Assembly: GCA_027052175.1 (NCBI GenBank)
Contig: JALUFE010000013.1
Location: 1 to 58,172 of the forward strand
Origin: Helicobacteraceae bacterium
GTDB taxonomy: Bacteria > Campylobacterota > Campylobacteria > Campylobacterales > Sulfurimonadaceae
Length of the DNA: 58,172 nucleotides
Direction: 5' to 3'
Position 1 is the first letter of the stretch. Each line of letters starts with the position of its first letter. Positions 26,570-36,330 of this stretch are shown piece by piece. Position numbers and translations under genes: made by a program. The notes beneath the pieces were generated by a model that searched no databases, was not told the origin of the DNA, and saw only the letters and a program-made list of their open reading frames with translations.

Positions 26570-27235
26570 ATGAACAACTACTTCGCAAGACAGATCAAAC
26601 TCTGGGGAGAGGAGACGCAAAAATCTCTGCAAGATAAAAAGATAGCCATTATCGGAGCCGGAGGGCTGGGAAGTTCTCTGAGCTTTGCGTTGGGTTCAAG
26701 CGGTATAGGAGAGGTCCATATCGTCGATTTTGATGAAGTGAGTGTGCACAACATCCACAGACAGATCGCATTTCGCACAACGGATGAAGGCAAAAACAAA
26801 GCTGAAGTCAATGCCGATATCATTATGCAGCGATGCCCCTATACCAAGGCAATCCCACACGCTCTTAATTTCCAACAGTGGAGTGAACTGGACATCGACG
26901 TCGATCTTATCATAGACGCAACCGACAACCTGCCAACACGTGGTGAGATAGACAAATATGCCAAAGAGAAAAATATCCCGTGGATTTATGGAAGTGTCGA
27001 GGCATTCAATGGTCAGGTCTGTTTCTTTGACCAAGCCAGTTTTCGCGACTTTTTCACCATCAAAGAGCGCACCCCCGCAGGTATAGCAGCTCCTATCGTA
27101 ATGCATATCGCCTCACTCCAGGCAAATCTCGCACTTCGCTATCTGGCAGGATGGAGTGTGAAAAAAGATTTTGTTTACTACCTCTTTTTCAATGAAGAGG
27201 GGGAACTCATCACGCAAAAATTTGCAATAGGTTGA
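26570..27235 (+). CDS. ThiF/MoeB/HesA-family E1-like adenylyltransferase
   Basis: IAIIGAGGLGSSL nucleotide-binding motif. VHNIHRQ motif. Confidence 0.85.
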   Translation: MNNYFARQIKLWGEETQKSLQDKKIAIIGAGGLGSSLSFALGSSGIGEVHIVDFDEVSVHNIHRQIAFRTTDEGKNKAEVNADIIMQRCPYTKAIPHALNFQQWSELDIDVDLIIDATDNLPTRGEIDKYAKEKNIPWIYGSVEAFNGQVCFFDQASFRDFFTIKERTPAGIAAPIVMHIASLQANLALRYLAGWSVKKDFVYYLFFNEEGELITQKFAIG

Positions 27236-27244
27236 GGGAACACA

Positions 27245-27877
27245 ATGATACGCTATATACTGATCTGCCTTTTTACGATCTCTTTTCTTCAAGCGGCAGA
27301 CTTTTACGATGATTTTGAAAAATACGCCCCTTACACGCTGCCCAAAGGATGGAGCGTCGCAGCGACACATCCAGGAAGCACGACAGCCAAGTGGCAGATA
27401 ACTATCGACCATACCCGCCCACCATCCAATCAGCATGTACTCACACTTACAAAAGCGGGCAAAAGCACCTTCAATCTCTGCTACAGAAGCGATATCCGGA
27501 TGCAAAACGGCAGTATCAGTGTTTTGTTCCATGCCAACAGCGGTCGTATCGACCAGGGTGGAGGCATCATGTGGCGTGTACAGGATGCAAACAACTACTA
27601 CGTAGCACGTTTCAATCCACTTGAAGACAACTTTCGCTTCTACTCCGTCATCGATGGATATCGCCGCCTGATCTGCACAAACGACACCGTTCATCTCTCA
27701 AAAGGGTGGCACTCGATGACGATCAAACAGCAAGGAAAACACTTTAGAGGCTATATAGACGGAACCAAACTGCTTGAGTGTCAAGATGACAGGATCACCA
27801 AAAGCGGTGGTGCAGGCCTTTGGACCAAAGCGGATGCGGCAACTTCGTTTGATGATTTTCAACTCAAGGCACAATGA
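27245..27877 (+). CDS. secreted concanavalin/LamG-fold protein (DUF1080-like)
   Basis: Signal peptide. The DFYDDFE ... GGIMWRVQDANNYYVARF ... FDDFQL pattern resembles 3-keto-disaccharide hydrolase/DUF1080 domains. Confidence 0.45.
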   Translation: MIRYILICLFTISFLQAADFYDDFEKYAPYTLPKGWSVAATHPGSTTAKWQITIDHTRPPSNQHVLTLTKAGKSTFNLCYRSDIRMQNGSISVLFHANSGRIDQGGGIMWRVQDANNYYVARFNPLEDNFRFYSVIDGYRRLICTNDTVHLSKGWHSMTIKQQGKHFRGYIDGTKLLECQDDRITKSGGAGLWTKADAATSFDDFQLKAQ

Positions 27878-28881
27878 TGAAAAAAGCTCTTGTGGTACTT
27901 TTTGCTCTTTGTTTGATGATAGTCGGCTGTAGCAAAAAAGAGACGCCTGTAGTTACAGTCTATGTCTCGGAAGACCAGGTCTTCTCCGAGCCGATTCTCA
28001 AAGCTTTCGAAAAAGAGACAGGTATCCACGTCAATGCCCTCTACGATACAGAAGAGTCCAAAGGAACAGGGGTGATGAACCGCCTTATAGCCGAGCGAAC
28101 CCACCCCCAGGCAGATCTCTACTGGGCAAACGAACCCATCCGCGCAGAAGTTCTCAAAGCAAGAAATATCCTCACTCCCTATCACAGTCCCAATGCCAAA
28201 ACAATCGATCCCAAGTACAAAGACCCCGATGGGATGTGGACAGGCTTCTCAGCCCGCATCCGTCTCTTTGTCGTCAACGACGGTGCCAAACTCTCTCCCA
28301 AAAAAATTTTCGACTATATCGATCCCCGCTTCAAGAACGAAGGCGTTATCGCCAATCCGCTCTTTGGCTCCACCGCAACCCATATAGCCGCTCTTTTTAG
28401 CCTGCTTGGCGATGCAAAAGCCAGGAGTTTTTTGCAAGGATTGAAACAAAACGGTGTGGCAATCGCCACAAGCAACGGAGAGAGCGCCGATCTCGTCGCC
28501 AAAGGACGCTACGATTTCGCTCTGGTTGACAGCGACGACGCTATCAGCCGTATCGAAAGCGGCGCACCTATAAAAATCGTCTATCCCGATCAGGACAAGA
28601 AGGGCTTAGGAGTGCTCGTGATCCCAAATGCCGTAATGCTTATCAAAAACGCACCCCACCCAAAAGCGGCAAGAAAACTGATGGATTATCTCCTCAGCCC
28701 AAAAACCGAAGCTGCCCTCGCCAAAGCAAAATGCGCGCAGATCCCCTTGCATCCGGGAGTCCCAAAACCCGCAAAACTCAAATCCATCGACACACTCAAA
28801 GTGATGCCCGTAGAGTATGGAAAAGTAGCGCGAAAACTGATGCAGATCACACCGTTGCTTCTAAAATGGAGTAAAGAGTAG
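27874..28881 (+). CDS. ABC transporter periplasmic substrate-binding lipoprotein (Fe(III)/FbpA-type family)
   Basis: Lipobox MIVGCS. Family-1 solute-binding-protein-like sequence. Followed by a two-domain permease and an ATPase. Confidence 0.8.
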   Translation: MMKKALVVLFALCLMIVGCSKKETPVVTVYVSEDQVFSEPILKAFEKETGIHVNALYDTEESKGTGVMNRLIAERTHPQADLYWANEPIRAEVLKARNILTPYHSPNAKTIDPKYKDPDGMWTGFSARIRLFVVNDGAKLSPKKIFDYIDPRFKNEGVIANPLFGSTATHIAALFSLLGDAKARSFLQGLKQNGVAIATSNGESADLVAKGRYDFALVDSDDAISRIESGAPIKIVYPDQDKKGLGVLVIPNAVMLIKNAPHPKAARKLMDYLLSPKTEAALAKAKCAQIPLHPGVPKPAKLKSIDTLKVMPVEYGKVARKLMQITPLLLKWSKE

Positions 28882-30420
28882 ATGCGATTTTGGCAGCTAC
28901 TTTTATGGCTGACACTTGGTGTTTTGATCGTCGTAGGCATCGCTCCGTTACTCAAGATGTTTCTTCTCACGCTTCTTTCTTGGGATCACGCCATCTCTTT
29001 GGATATCCTCAAAGAGACGACGCTGCTGTCGACACTGCTCTTCGCTCTTGGTGTTGCTTTTTTCGCAACAACGCTCGGTACGCTGCTTGCACTGCTGTTT
29101 GCAAAAACCGACATCCCTTTTGTGGCGATATGGATGACACTGCTTGGTCTGCCGCTGCTGCTACCAAGCGATATCGTCGCCCTTGGATGGATCGATCTGC
29201 TGCTGCCCTTCGATACGTTAAGAGAATATCTTGAGAGTTATGGAGGCGCCTTTTGGATCGAAACCACGATATATATGCCTATAGCGATGCTCTTAGGCTA
29301 TTTTTATCTGCGCCGCATACCTTCGCAAATCGAGTATGCCGCCCTTCTGTATATCGATGAAAGCAGGATGGTGCGCACCATAGACCTGCCATTGCTGCGC
29401 CCGATGCTCCTTCTTTCCTTTTTGATCATTGTGCTACTCTCTCTTGGAGAGTTCGCGGTGCCAAACGCACTCCATATCAGACTCTACAGTGTCGAACTTT
29501 TTACGCGATTTAGTGCGCTTTACGACTTCGAAGCGACACTGGTAATGAGCCTACCCCTGCTTCTTATCGCTGCGGTTGCGATTTGGATCGAGCAAGCCGC
29601 TGCGAATCAAAACCATTTTACAAAGCTGCATAGCCGCAGTTATCGCATACAGCTGTCTCCATCTCTCAAAAGATCTTTGCTATTAGGAGTGGGCATACTT
29701 GTCGTACTCATCACACTCCTGCCGCTTTTTGGGATCGCATCTTCGATAGACTCTTTGACACAGCTTTGGCAGGGATTCACACATATCCTAACTCCCGTTG
29801 CACACTCGCTTCTCTACGCCGTTCTCGGCGGTGCTTTTTTAACATTTACAGGCTTCGTCGCTGCAGTGACACACCGTTATCATCCTTCAAAACTTACGCG
29901 TTTTGAAGAACAGATCATGCTCTTTTTTTTCATACTGCCTTCTATAGTCATCGCCGTCGCACTGATTGGTTTTTACAACACCGCCCTTACGGATTGGGTC
30001 TATGCTTCTGCGTTTATGCTGCTTTTTGGATATATGGCAAAGTACCTCATCCTCCCTACAAAAGCACTCCAAATCGCCCTTGACCAAATCCCAAAAAGTC
30101 TCAGCCAAGCCGCACTCATTCACGGTGCCACACCCATAAAGATGCTGTGTTTTATCATCGTGCCGCTTCTGCGCCGTCAGCTTGTTGCCGCCTTGCTGCT
30201 TGGCACACTCTTTTGCTTGCGAGAGAGTACACTCTCGATGCTTCTGCTGCCTGCTGGAGAGGCGACATTTCCTCTATATCTCGCTACCCATGCGGCAAAC
30301 GGTGCAAGCGGCGTGATTGCGGCAATGGCTTTGTGGATGGTTTTTGTCGTCTTTTTCGTAACCGTCACTTTTGTCAGACTCGCTGCAAAGTTTTCAAGGA
30401 GTCTCGATGCTGCGATTTGA
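28882..30420 (+). CDS. ABC transporter permease, duplicated (FbpB-like)
   Basis: 512 aa, about 12 TM in two tandem permease halves. Confidence 0.8.
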   Translation: MRFWQLLLWLTLGVLIVVGIAPLLKMFLLTLLSWDHAISLDILKETTLLSTLLFALGVAFFATTLGTLLALLFAKTDIPFVAIWMTLLGLPLLLPSDIVALGWIDLLLPFDTLREYLESYGGAFWIETTIYMPIAMLLGYFYLRRIPSQIEYAALLYIDESRMVRTIDLPLLRPMLLLSFLIIVLLSLGEFAVPNALHIRLYSVELFTRFSALYDFEATLVMSLPLLLIAAVAIWIEQAAANQNHFTKLHSRSYRIQLSPSLKRSLLLGVGILVVLITLLPLFGIASSIDSLTQLWQGFTHILTPVAHSLLYAVLGGAFLTFTGFVAAVTHRYHPSKLTRFEEQIMLFFFILPSIVIAVALIGFYNTALTDWVYASAFMLLFGYMAKYLILPTKALQIALDQIPKSLSQAALIHGATPIKMLCFIIVPLLRRQLVAALLLGTLFCLRESTLSMLLLPAGEATFPLYLATHAANGASGVIAAMALWMVFVVFFVTVTFVRLAAKFSRSLDAAI

Positions 30421-31105
30421 GAATGTTGTACTTGGATACGGTACAAAAGTGATCCTGAAGATACCGCATCTTCATATCGCTGCAGGGGAGAGGCTTGTGA
30501 TCAGAGGAAGTTCCGGTAGTGGCAAGAGTACACTTCTTCGCACCGTCGCCGGCTTTGAAGTACCGCTTGAAGGGTCGCTCTATCTCGAAAATCAATGTGT
30601 CAGTAAAAAAGGAAAGGTTATAACACCGCCGCACAAACGTCATATGGGTATGGTTTTCCAGGATCTAGCCCTGTGGCCGCATATGAATGTAGGAGAGAAC
30701 ATCACTTTCGGTCTAAAAATGCAGGGCATTCCGGCAACACAAAGAGCCGCCCGACTCCACGACATGCTTGCGATGACAGGTCTGCAAAACTACGCTTTCC
30801 GCTCCGTCGAAACCCTCTCAGGCGGAGAGCAGCAACGCGTCGCTCTTGCACGTGCACTTATCACACATCCAAAAACAATCCTTATGGACGAACCGCTTTC
30901 AAGTCTCGATGAAAAACACAACTGGCAACTTCGCGAAGAGATCGTCCGTCTGCAGGAAAAACTCGGATTTACTCTCCTTTATGTAACTCACAACAATGAA
31001 GAAGCGAAGTTCATTGCGACACGCCTCCTGACTCTTGTACCTAAAACAGATGAGAATGCCGTTTATGGAATAGAGAGAGAAGAATCTATATCAATACAAA
31101 AATGA
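30407..31105 (+). CDS. ABC transporter ATP-binding protein
   Basis: Walker A GSSGSGKST, signature LSGGEQQR and Walker B ILMDEP. The ATG at 30407 has an AAGGAG SD. Confidence 0.9.
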   Translation: MLRFENVVLGYGTKVILKIPHLHIAAGERLVIRGSSGSGKSTLLRTVAGFEVPLEGSLYLENQCVSKKGKVITPPHKRHMGMVFQDLALWPHMNVGENITFGLKMQGIPATQRAARLHDMLAMTGLQNYAFRSVETLSGGEQQRVALARALITHPKTILMDEPLSSLDEKHNWQLREEIVRLQEKLGFTLLYVTHNNEEAKFIATRLLTLVPKTDENAVYGIEREESISIQK

Positions 31106-31680
31106 TTGGGAATCGGGCTCTTTTTATTGACACCCGGGTTGTATATGAGTATATCGTCGAGCATGTCTCTCGTATCTGTCGGTTTATGTACATGTCCACA
31201 CAGAACGATGCTTGGTGTAAGCACTTTCTCTTTTATCTTTTTATAAAAAGTTCTGTCTCCCCTCTCTTCATGCTTTTTTTCATGATAGGATGTTTTCGTA
31301 TATGCCGGCGGCAGATGATACAAAACCACGTCGCATTCGCCAAACGCATCGAATTCCGGATCGGTATAGGGGATACATCCAAACGTTATGCCCTCAATCG
31401 TTTGTATCGTGTTGTCACTGTAAATACTTGTAATATGATTGAACCATTCCTGATTCTCCGCTACTTCTATGTCATGATTTCCACTACATATGAAAAGCGG
31501 CTTCTTAAACGCTTTCATCCACTGCGAAACCCACGCTATCTGCTCAGACAACGACTCACTGCTGGATGGTTCCAAAAAGTCCCCCGTGATACAAAAGAGA
31601 TCGAAACTCTTTTGCTGCAAGGCTACCCATTCAAACCAACCTTTGTTAAAATGAAGGTCTGTCGTATGAAGGATTTTCAT
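31063..31680 (-). CDS. metallophosphoesterase (calcineurin-like)
   Basis: Motifs DLHFN, GDFLE, GNHD and GHVH. Confidence 0.8.
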   Translation of the reverse strand: MKILHTTDLHFNKGWFEWVALQQKSFDLFCITGDFLEPSSSESLSEQIAWVSQWMKAFKKPLFICSGNHDIEVAENQEWFNHITSIYSDNTIQTIEGITFGCIPYTDPEFDAFGECDVVLYHLPPAYTKTSYHEKKHEERGDRTFYKKIKEKVLTPSIVLCGHVHKPTDTRDMLDDILIYNPGVNKKSPIPNHFCIDIDSSLSIP

Positions 31681-31733
31681 CTATGACTCAACTCTTTCTC
31701 ATTGCTTAAAAGTGACCGTTTCGTCTTTGATGA

Positions 31734-32252
31734 TTATTTGAGTTTGGAGATATACGCTCCAAGTGCTTTGATATCTTGATCGGAAAGCTTTGCCGCCTGT
31801 CCCTGCATTACGGCACCCATCCCGTGAACATTCCTTGTTTTTGCTTTATAACCCTCCAACGCCTCCTCGACTTTTGCAGCACTCCATCCACCTATGGCAT
31901 CCGACTTTCCAAGTGCCTTTTTCTCACCTTTTGCACCATGACAGCCGGCACAGCTTTTAAACAAGCTACTAGCGTCCGTCAGTGGCTTTTGCGGCTGTTT
32001 CTGTTTTTTGATATTCGACGGTGTCGGTGCTGCAGTCGCCGGGATTTTTGCAACATTCGACTCCTCTTTTGGTCCATGTGTTTCGATGGCTACACTCTGC
32101 TCTTTTTGAGGTTCCGGTTTTTTACCTACAACCGTCTCCACAACTTTTTTTTGTTTCACTCCGGTTTCCGTCTCCGTTTTTTGCTCGTTGTTACCGCATC
32201 CGACAAATAAAAGTGCCGCCGCAGCGATGATGGAGTACATATGTTTATGCAT
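31734..32252 (-). CDS. mono-heme cytochrome c lipoprotein
   Basis: The start at 32252 has an AAGGAAAAGAG SD. Lipobox LFVGCG. Low-complexity linker. CAGCHG near the C-terminus. Confidence 0.7.
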   Translation of the reverse strand: MHKHMYSIIAAAALLFVGCGNNEQKTETETGVKQKKVVETVVGKKPEPQKEQSVAIETHGPKEESNVAKIPATAAPTPSNIKKQKQPQKPLTDASSLFKSCAGCHGAKGEKKALGKSDAIGGWSAAKVEEALEGYKAKTRNVHGMGAVMQGQAAKLSDQDIKALGAYISKLK

Positions 32253-32510
32253 CTTCTCTTTTCCTTTTCTTGGTATAATATGAAGAGTATTATACAACAG
32301 ACTTCTTTCATAACATAGATATAAGCGCTGAAGAAAGGAAAAAAGAGGGAATTGTACAACATCTTTTTTCCCAAGAGAGAGGCGTGGGAGATTTTTCGTG
32401 TGTTTGGCAACAAAGCTGTGATTATGCCAAAGAACATCGGATGTGATAAAAATATCAAACCAAAAATGAAACCCTATGTTATGAGTGATCAAATAAAGGA
32501 CTTTTAAAAC

Positions 32511-33653
32511 GTGCGATTTCAACCTTACCCTTTTGAAAAATTAAACACACTGCTTGCCGGCATAATGCCGAATGAAGTTTACGAAAGCTCCTCATTGACG
32601 ATAGGAGAGCCACAGTTTGAAACACCCGAATTTATCCAAAACAAACTGTGCGAAAATGCTTCACTTTTAAAAAAGTATCCCAAAACGTCGGGGGAAGAGC
32701 TTTTACGGACAGCAATGCGCCACTTCAACGCCAAACGCTTCGGCTTGGAACTGAGTAACGAACAGATCATTCCGACTTTTGGAACACGGGAAGTACTCTT
32801 CAACCTCCCGCAGTTTCTGCTGCATGACAAGAACTCTCCCGTTATGGCATTTACAAACCCCTTCTATCAGATTTACGAAGGTGCGGCTATCGCCTCTCGT
32901 GCCAAAGTACATTATATCTCCCTGACCAAAGAAAATAACTTCAAACCCGTTATCGACGAAGAGGTACTTGCAGCATGCGATCTGGTCATACTCAACTTTC
33001 CAAACAATCCTACCGCTTCGACTTTAAGCATAGAAGAGCTTGGCAAATGGATCAAACTCGCTTTGAAATACGACTTTATTCTTCTGAATGATGAATGCTA
33101 CAGTGAACTCTATACACGAGATCCCGTTCCTTCACTGCTTCAGGCTGCAAAATTTATCGGCAATGACACTTTCAAAAACACACTCGTCGTTAATTCCATC
33201 TCCAAGCGCAGCAGCGCGCCGGGTCTAAGAAGCGGCTTTATTGCCGGAGATGCCGAGATACTCAAAAAGTATATGCAGTACCGCACCTATGTAGGATGCG
33301 CTTCACCGCTGCCGCTGCAATATGCTGCCGCTGCGGCCTGGAACGACGAAGCACACGTAGAGGCTTCACGCGCCATCTACAAAGAGAACTTCCGTCTCGC
33401 TCAAGAAATCCTTGAATGTGCAATCCCAAAGGCCACCTTTTATATCTGGCTGAAAGTACCAAACGCACTCGAATTTACAAAAAAACTCTACAAAGACTAC
33501 AATGTCAAAGTCCTCCCGGGAGAGTTTCTAAGCCGCAATGACAACGGCATAAATCCGGGCAAAGACTTCATACGCATCGCACTTGTGGAAAATCCGCAAA
33601 AGACGCAAGAGGTACTAACAAGACTCAAAAAGGCACTCGATGAACACAAATAG
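32511..33653 (+). CDS. class I/II aminotransferase (succinyldiaminopimelate aminotransferase DapC-like)
   Basis: GTG start. PLP lysine motif NSISKRSSAPGLRSGF. Confidence 0.7.
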   Translation: MRFQPYPFEKLNTLLAGIMPNEVYESSSLTIGEPQFETPEFIQNKLCENASLLKKYPKTSGEELLRTAMRHFNAKRFGLELSNEQIIPTFGTREVLFNLPQFLLHDKNSPVMAFTNPFYQIYEGAAIASRAKVHYISLTKENNFKPVIDEEVLAACDLVILNFPNNPTASTLSIEELGKWIKLALKYDFILLNDECYSELYTRDPVPSLLQAAKFIGNDTFKNTLVVNSISKRSSAPGLRSGFIAGDAEILKKYMQYRTYVGCASPLPLQYAAAAAWNDEAHVEASRAIYKENFRLAQEILECAIPKATFYIWLKVPNALEFTKKLYKDYNVKVLPGEFLSRNDNGINPGKDFIRIALVENPQKTQEVLTRLKKALDEHK

Positions 33654-34149
33654 TACGGAAACACTCAAAAAAGAGATACTTTCAGCCGTCCAAAACGGCG
33701 ATATCGCCAAGCTCTATATGCTCGAACAAAAAGCTAACGACACGTTCAACGAAAAGACACTGCTGGATTATTACCGTAATATTCTCGATCTGGCACTTGA
33801 AAAGCTCACCGATACACTTGAGTCACACACAAAGCTGAAGATGAACGAAGTACAGGACTTCGCAACGGCAAGAGCGCTGTATGAGTACGCGATGGAGCAT
33901 TATCATGCCGGCAAAAACGAAGATGCCGCAGCGCTTTTTGAGATACTCGGCGGTATCACTGACGATGAAAAGTTCTCAGAGGCGATGCAAGTCCATACGG
34001 CAGCTGCAAGAAAAGGGATCGATCTTGACACCTTCTTGGAGGAGTATGCCGATATGGACGCGGTAGAAGCTTCAGGGAATTTCTACATAGGTGATTTTAC
34101 CGACTCGGTACACTCTTTGCTTGCAGATGCAAAGAAGGAGAGCGAATGA
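33640..34149 (+). CDS. hypothetical acidic helical protein
   Basis: 169 aa. Overlaps both neighbours by 14 and 4 nt. No motif recognised. Confidence 0.5.
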   Translation: MNTNSTETLKKEILSAVQNGDIAKLYMLEQKANDTFNEKTLLDYYRNILDLALEKLTDTLESHTKLKMNEVQDFATARALYEYAMEHYHAGKNEDAAALFEILGGITDDEKFSEAMQVHTAAARKGIDLDTFLEEYADMDAVEASGNFYIGDFTDSVHSLLADAKKESE

Positions 34150-35459
34150 AGATCCACTTTATAGGCATCGGCGGTATCGGGATATCGGGTCTTGCGCAAT
34201 ATATGCGCTACAAAGGGCATAGTGTCAGCGGCTCGGATATCAGCGACACCATCATCACCCAAAAGATGCGCGATATCGGCATAGCGACAACCATTCCCCA
34301 CAGCAGCAGCGCCATTGATGATCAGGATCTTGTCGTCCACTCCGCCATCATCCGCCCGGACAACCCCGAAGTCGTCGCCGCCAAAGCAAAAGGGATCGAG
34401 GTACTTGCCCGCCGCGAAGCACTGCCGAAGATACTTGGCGACAAAAAGGTCTACTCCGTTGCGGGTGCGCACGGCAAGAGTACGACCACGGCGATCCTTG
34501 CATCGATCATGGATGGGAGTGCCATCATCGGAGCGGAGTCCAAAGCCTTTGGCAGCAATGTCCGCTATGATGCCGGCAGCGATGTGATGATCTTCGAAGC
34601 TGATGAGAGTGACGGCAGCTTTCTCAACTCCAACCCCTACTGCGCCATCGTCATCAACGCCGAGCCCGAGCATATGGAGTACTACGACTACAACTTCGAC
34701 CGTTTCTACGACTCCTACAAACGCTTTATAAAGATGGCGCAATGCCGCGTACTCAATGCCGAAGACCCCTTCCTCGCTACGCTCAAAAACGAGATAGATG
34801 CCCAGTGGCTCCATCCATCCAAGGATATCAAAAACATCGAGTATGTCCTCATCGACGACGAGCCACACACCCGTTTCACGCTCAAAGATCTCGGTACTTT
34901 CGATGTATGGGGCTTTGGCAAGCATATAGCACTCGATGCCTCGCTGGCGATCCTTGCGGCCAAAGAGTCGATGGATATCGAGGAGATCCGCAAGAAGCTG
35001 CTTGGATTTAAGGGTATCAAGAAGCGCTTCGACATCGTCGGCAAAGATGCCAACCGCGTCATCATCGACGACTACGGACACCATCCAACCGAGATTCGCG
35101 CTACATTCGAGTCGGTCAAAGAGTATGCGCAGCTCAAAGGCTTCAAGCACATCACCGCCATCTGGCAGCCACACAAATACTCCCGCACCATCGACAATCT
35201 CGACGAGTTCGTCAAGTGTTTCGAAGGTGTGGAGGAGCTGATCATCCTGCCTGTATGGAGTGCCGGGGAAGCCAAGCGCGACATCGACTTTGCAACCCTT
35301 TTCAAGCAGTACAACCCGACCTTCGCCGATCGCATCAAGCGCGCGAACAACACGATCAAGGTCATCAAAGACCAAAAAGAGCTCAAAAGCCTTGATGACG
35401 GCCTTATCATCAGCTTTGGAGCGGGCGATATCACCTACCAGATACGAGGTCTTACATAG
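34146..35459 (+). CDS. murC: UDP-N-acetylmuramate--L-alanine ligase
   Basis: IHFIGIGGIGISGLA, GAHGKSTT and DDYGHHPTE motifs. Confidence 0.95.
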   Translation: MKIHFIGIGGIGISGLAQYMRYKGHSVSGSDISDTIITQKMRDIGIATTIPHSSSAIDDQDLVVHSAIIRPDNPEVVAAKAKGIEVLARREALPKILGDKKVYSVAGAHGKSTTTAILASIMDGSAIIGAESKAFGSNVRYDAGSDVMIFEADESDGSFLNSNPYCAIVINAEPEHMEYYDYNFDRFYDSYKRFIKMAQCRVLNAEDPFLATLKNEIDAQWLHPSKDIKNIEYVLIDDEPHTRFTLKDLGTFDVWGFGKHIALDASLAILAAKESMDIEEIRKKLLGFKGIKKRFDIVGKDANRVIIDDYGHHPTEIRATFESVKEYAQLKGFKHITAIWQPHKYSRTIDNLDEFVKCFEGVEELIILPVWSAGEAKRDIDFATLFKQYNPTFADRIKRANNTIKVIKDQKELKSLDDGLIISFGAGDITYQIRGLT

Positions 35460-35788
35460 TGGGATATCTCACCGCCATAGCCATCGTGGCTATCCTCTTT
35501 ATGCTGATGCACTACTTCACAGAGCTCACCCACACCCAAAAGATCACAATCACCGCAACACTGCTTGGTTTTATCCTCTTTGCCTGGGGATACAACCTCT
35601 ACAAAGCCAAAGAGCGCGAAAAGATGCTCGACATCGTCGTCAAATACAAGCAGGGCAAAACGATCCGCTGCGGCAAGTACGATGTCAACCAAACCAACTT
35701 CAGCCTAAGTGTGGGCACCTATACCTTTATCGGCAAAGAAAATACCCCCTACTACGCGATGATGATCAGTGCTTACGACTGCGAGTGA
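35459..35788 (+). CDS. hypothetical 2-TM membrane protein (GTG start)
   Basis: 109 aa. The GTG shares its first base with the murC TAG stop. Confidence 0.45.
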   Translation: MGYLTAIAIVAILFMLMHYFTELTHTQKITITATLLGFILFAWGYNLYKAKEREKMLDIVVKYKQGKTIRCGKYDVNQTNFSLSVGTYTFIGKENTPYYAMMISAYDCE

Positions 35789-36330
35789 AAAACAGCATCG
35801 AGCAAAGCGGCGTCACTTCGGCTATGTCCATAAATGACCACCTCAAGCTCATAATCTCGAGGCCTAAAGAAAAACTCTCTGTAAAGCTCGGCGACTTTTC
35901 GCTTGTCCAAACCTCCAACCCCAGTCCCCATAAGCGGCAGCACCACCTTGATCTTTTTTGAGTGTTTTTGGGCATATCTGCCGAAAATCTTTTCCATATT
36001 TTCAAGCGCCTTTTGAATGTCACTATAAATCGGAGTGACATCCGAAGCAATCGCCCCGCCACTATAGTCCATCACCGCCACATGCATAATCCACTCAAAA
36101 TCAAGCGCCTCACACCCTTTGGTAAGGACAACATCCCCTTTGTGCAGTGGAGCGAACTTCTGCAAAGCTTCGTTCATCGCTCTTTGCAAACCCTCACCAC
36201 ACTTTTGCCTAAAAGCACCCGAAACACCGCTGCCTAGTGCCAGTATGGTATTGGATGGATTGACTATAAAAGTACCATTAGGCTCATTAAGCAGATTGCC
36301 CTCTTTGATAACGATATGCGGCTTCTGCAT
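35773..36330 (-). CDS. macro domain (ADP-ribose binding/processing) protein
   Basis: IVNPSNTILALGSGVSGAF and PLMGTGVGGL motifs. The ATG at 36330 overlaps the ung stop (TAATG). Confidence 0.75.
   Translation of the reverse strand: MQKPHIVIKEGNLLNEPNGTFIVNPSNTILALGSGVSGAFRQKCGEGLQRAMNEALQKFAPLHKGDVVLTKGCEALDFEWIMHVAVMDYSGGAIASDVTPIYSDIQKALENMEKIFGRYAQKHSKKIKVVLPLMGTGVGGLDKRKVAELYREFFFRPRDYELEVVIYGHSRSDAALLDAVFHSQS

Noticed and set aside
31063-31105. A 43-nt convergent overlap of the ABC ATPase and metallophosphoesterase 3' ends (also 39 nt at 7624-7662 and 16 nt at 35773-35788).
   Set aside because: Both partners are well supported, or at least plausible. Convergent end overlaps occur in compact genomes. 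There is no evidence of a functional element beyond possible antisense interference.
32330-32440. A lysine riboswitch (L-box) in the leader of the DapC-like gene, suggested by GAGAGAGGCGTGGGAG.
   Set aside because: Only a vague resemblance to the AGAGGTGC core. The other conserved L-box elements were not found. A covariance-model scan is needed before any claim.
32253-32522. The N-terminal 90-aa extension of the cytochrome c lipoprotein ORF. There are analogous extensions at 41716-41913 (slyD), 9551-9628, 17903-17971, 45664-45846, 21134-21253, 21768-21794 and 25190-25291.
   Set aside because: The extensions look like translated intergenic DNA or overlap the upstream gene. Internal starts have proper SDs and give native N-termini (lipobox, signal peptide, orthologue-like start).
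34083-35375. A 430-aa ORF on the minus strand covering almost all of murC, plus several other 80-230-aa ORFs in this stretch.
   Set aside because: It is exactly antisense to a motif-perfect murC. Its composition (Asp/Gly/Val-rich, no motifs) is what a shadow frame gives in a locally GC3-rich, stop-poor gene. No SD or promoter was seen.
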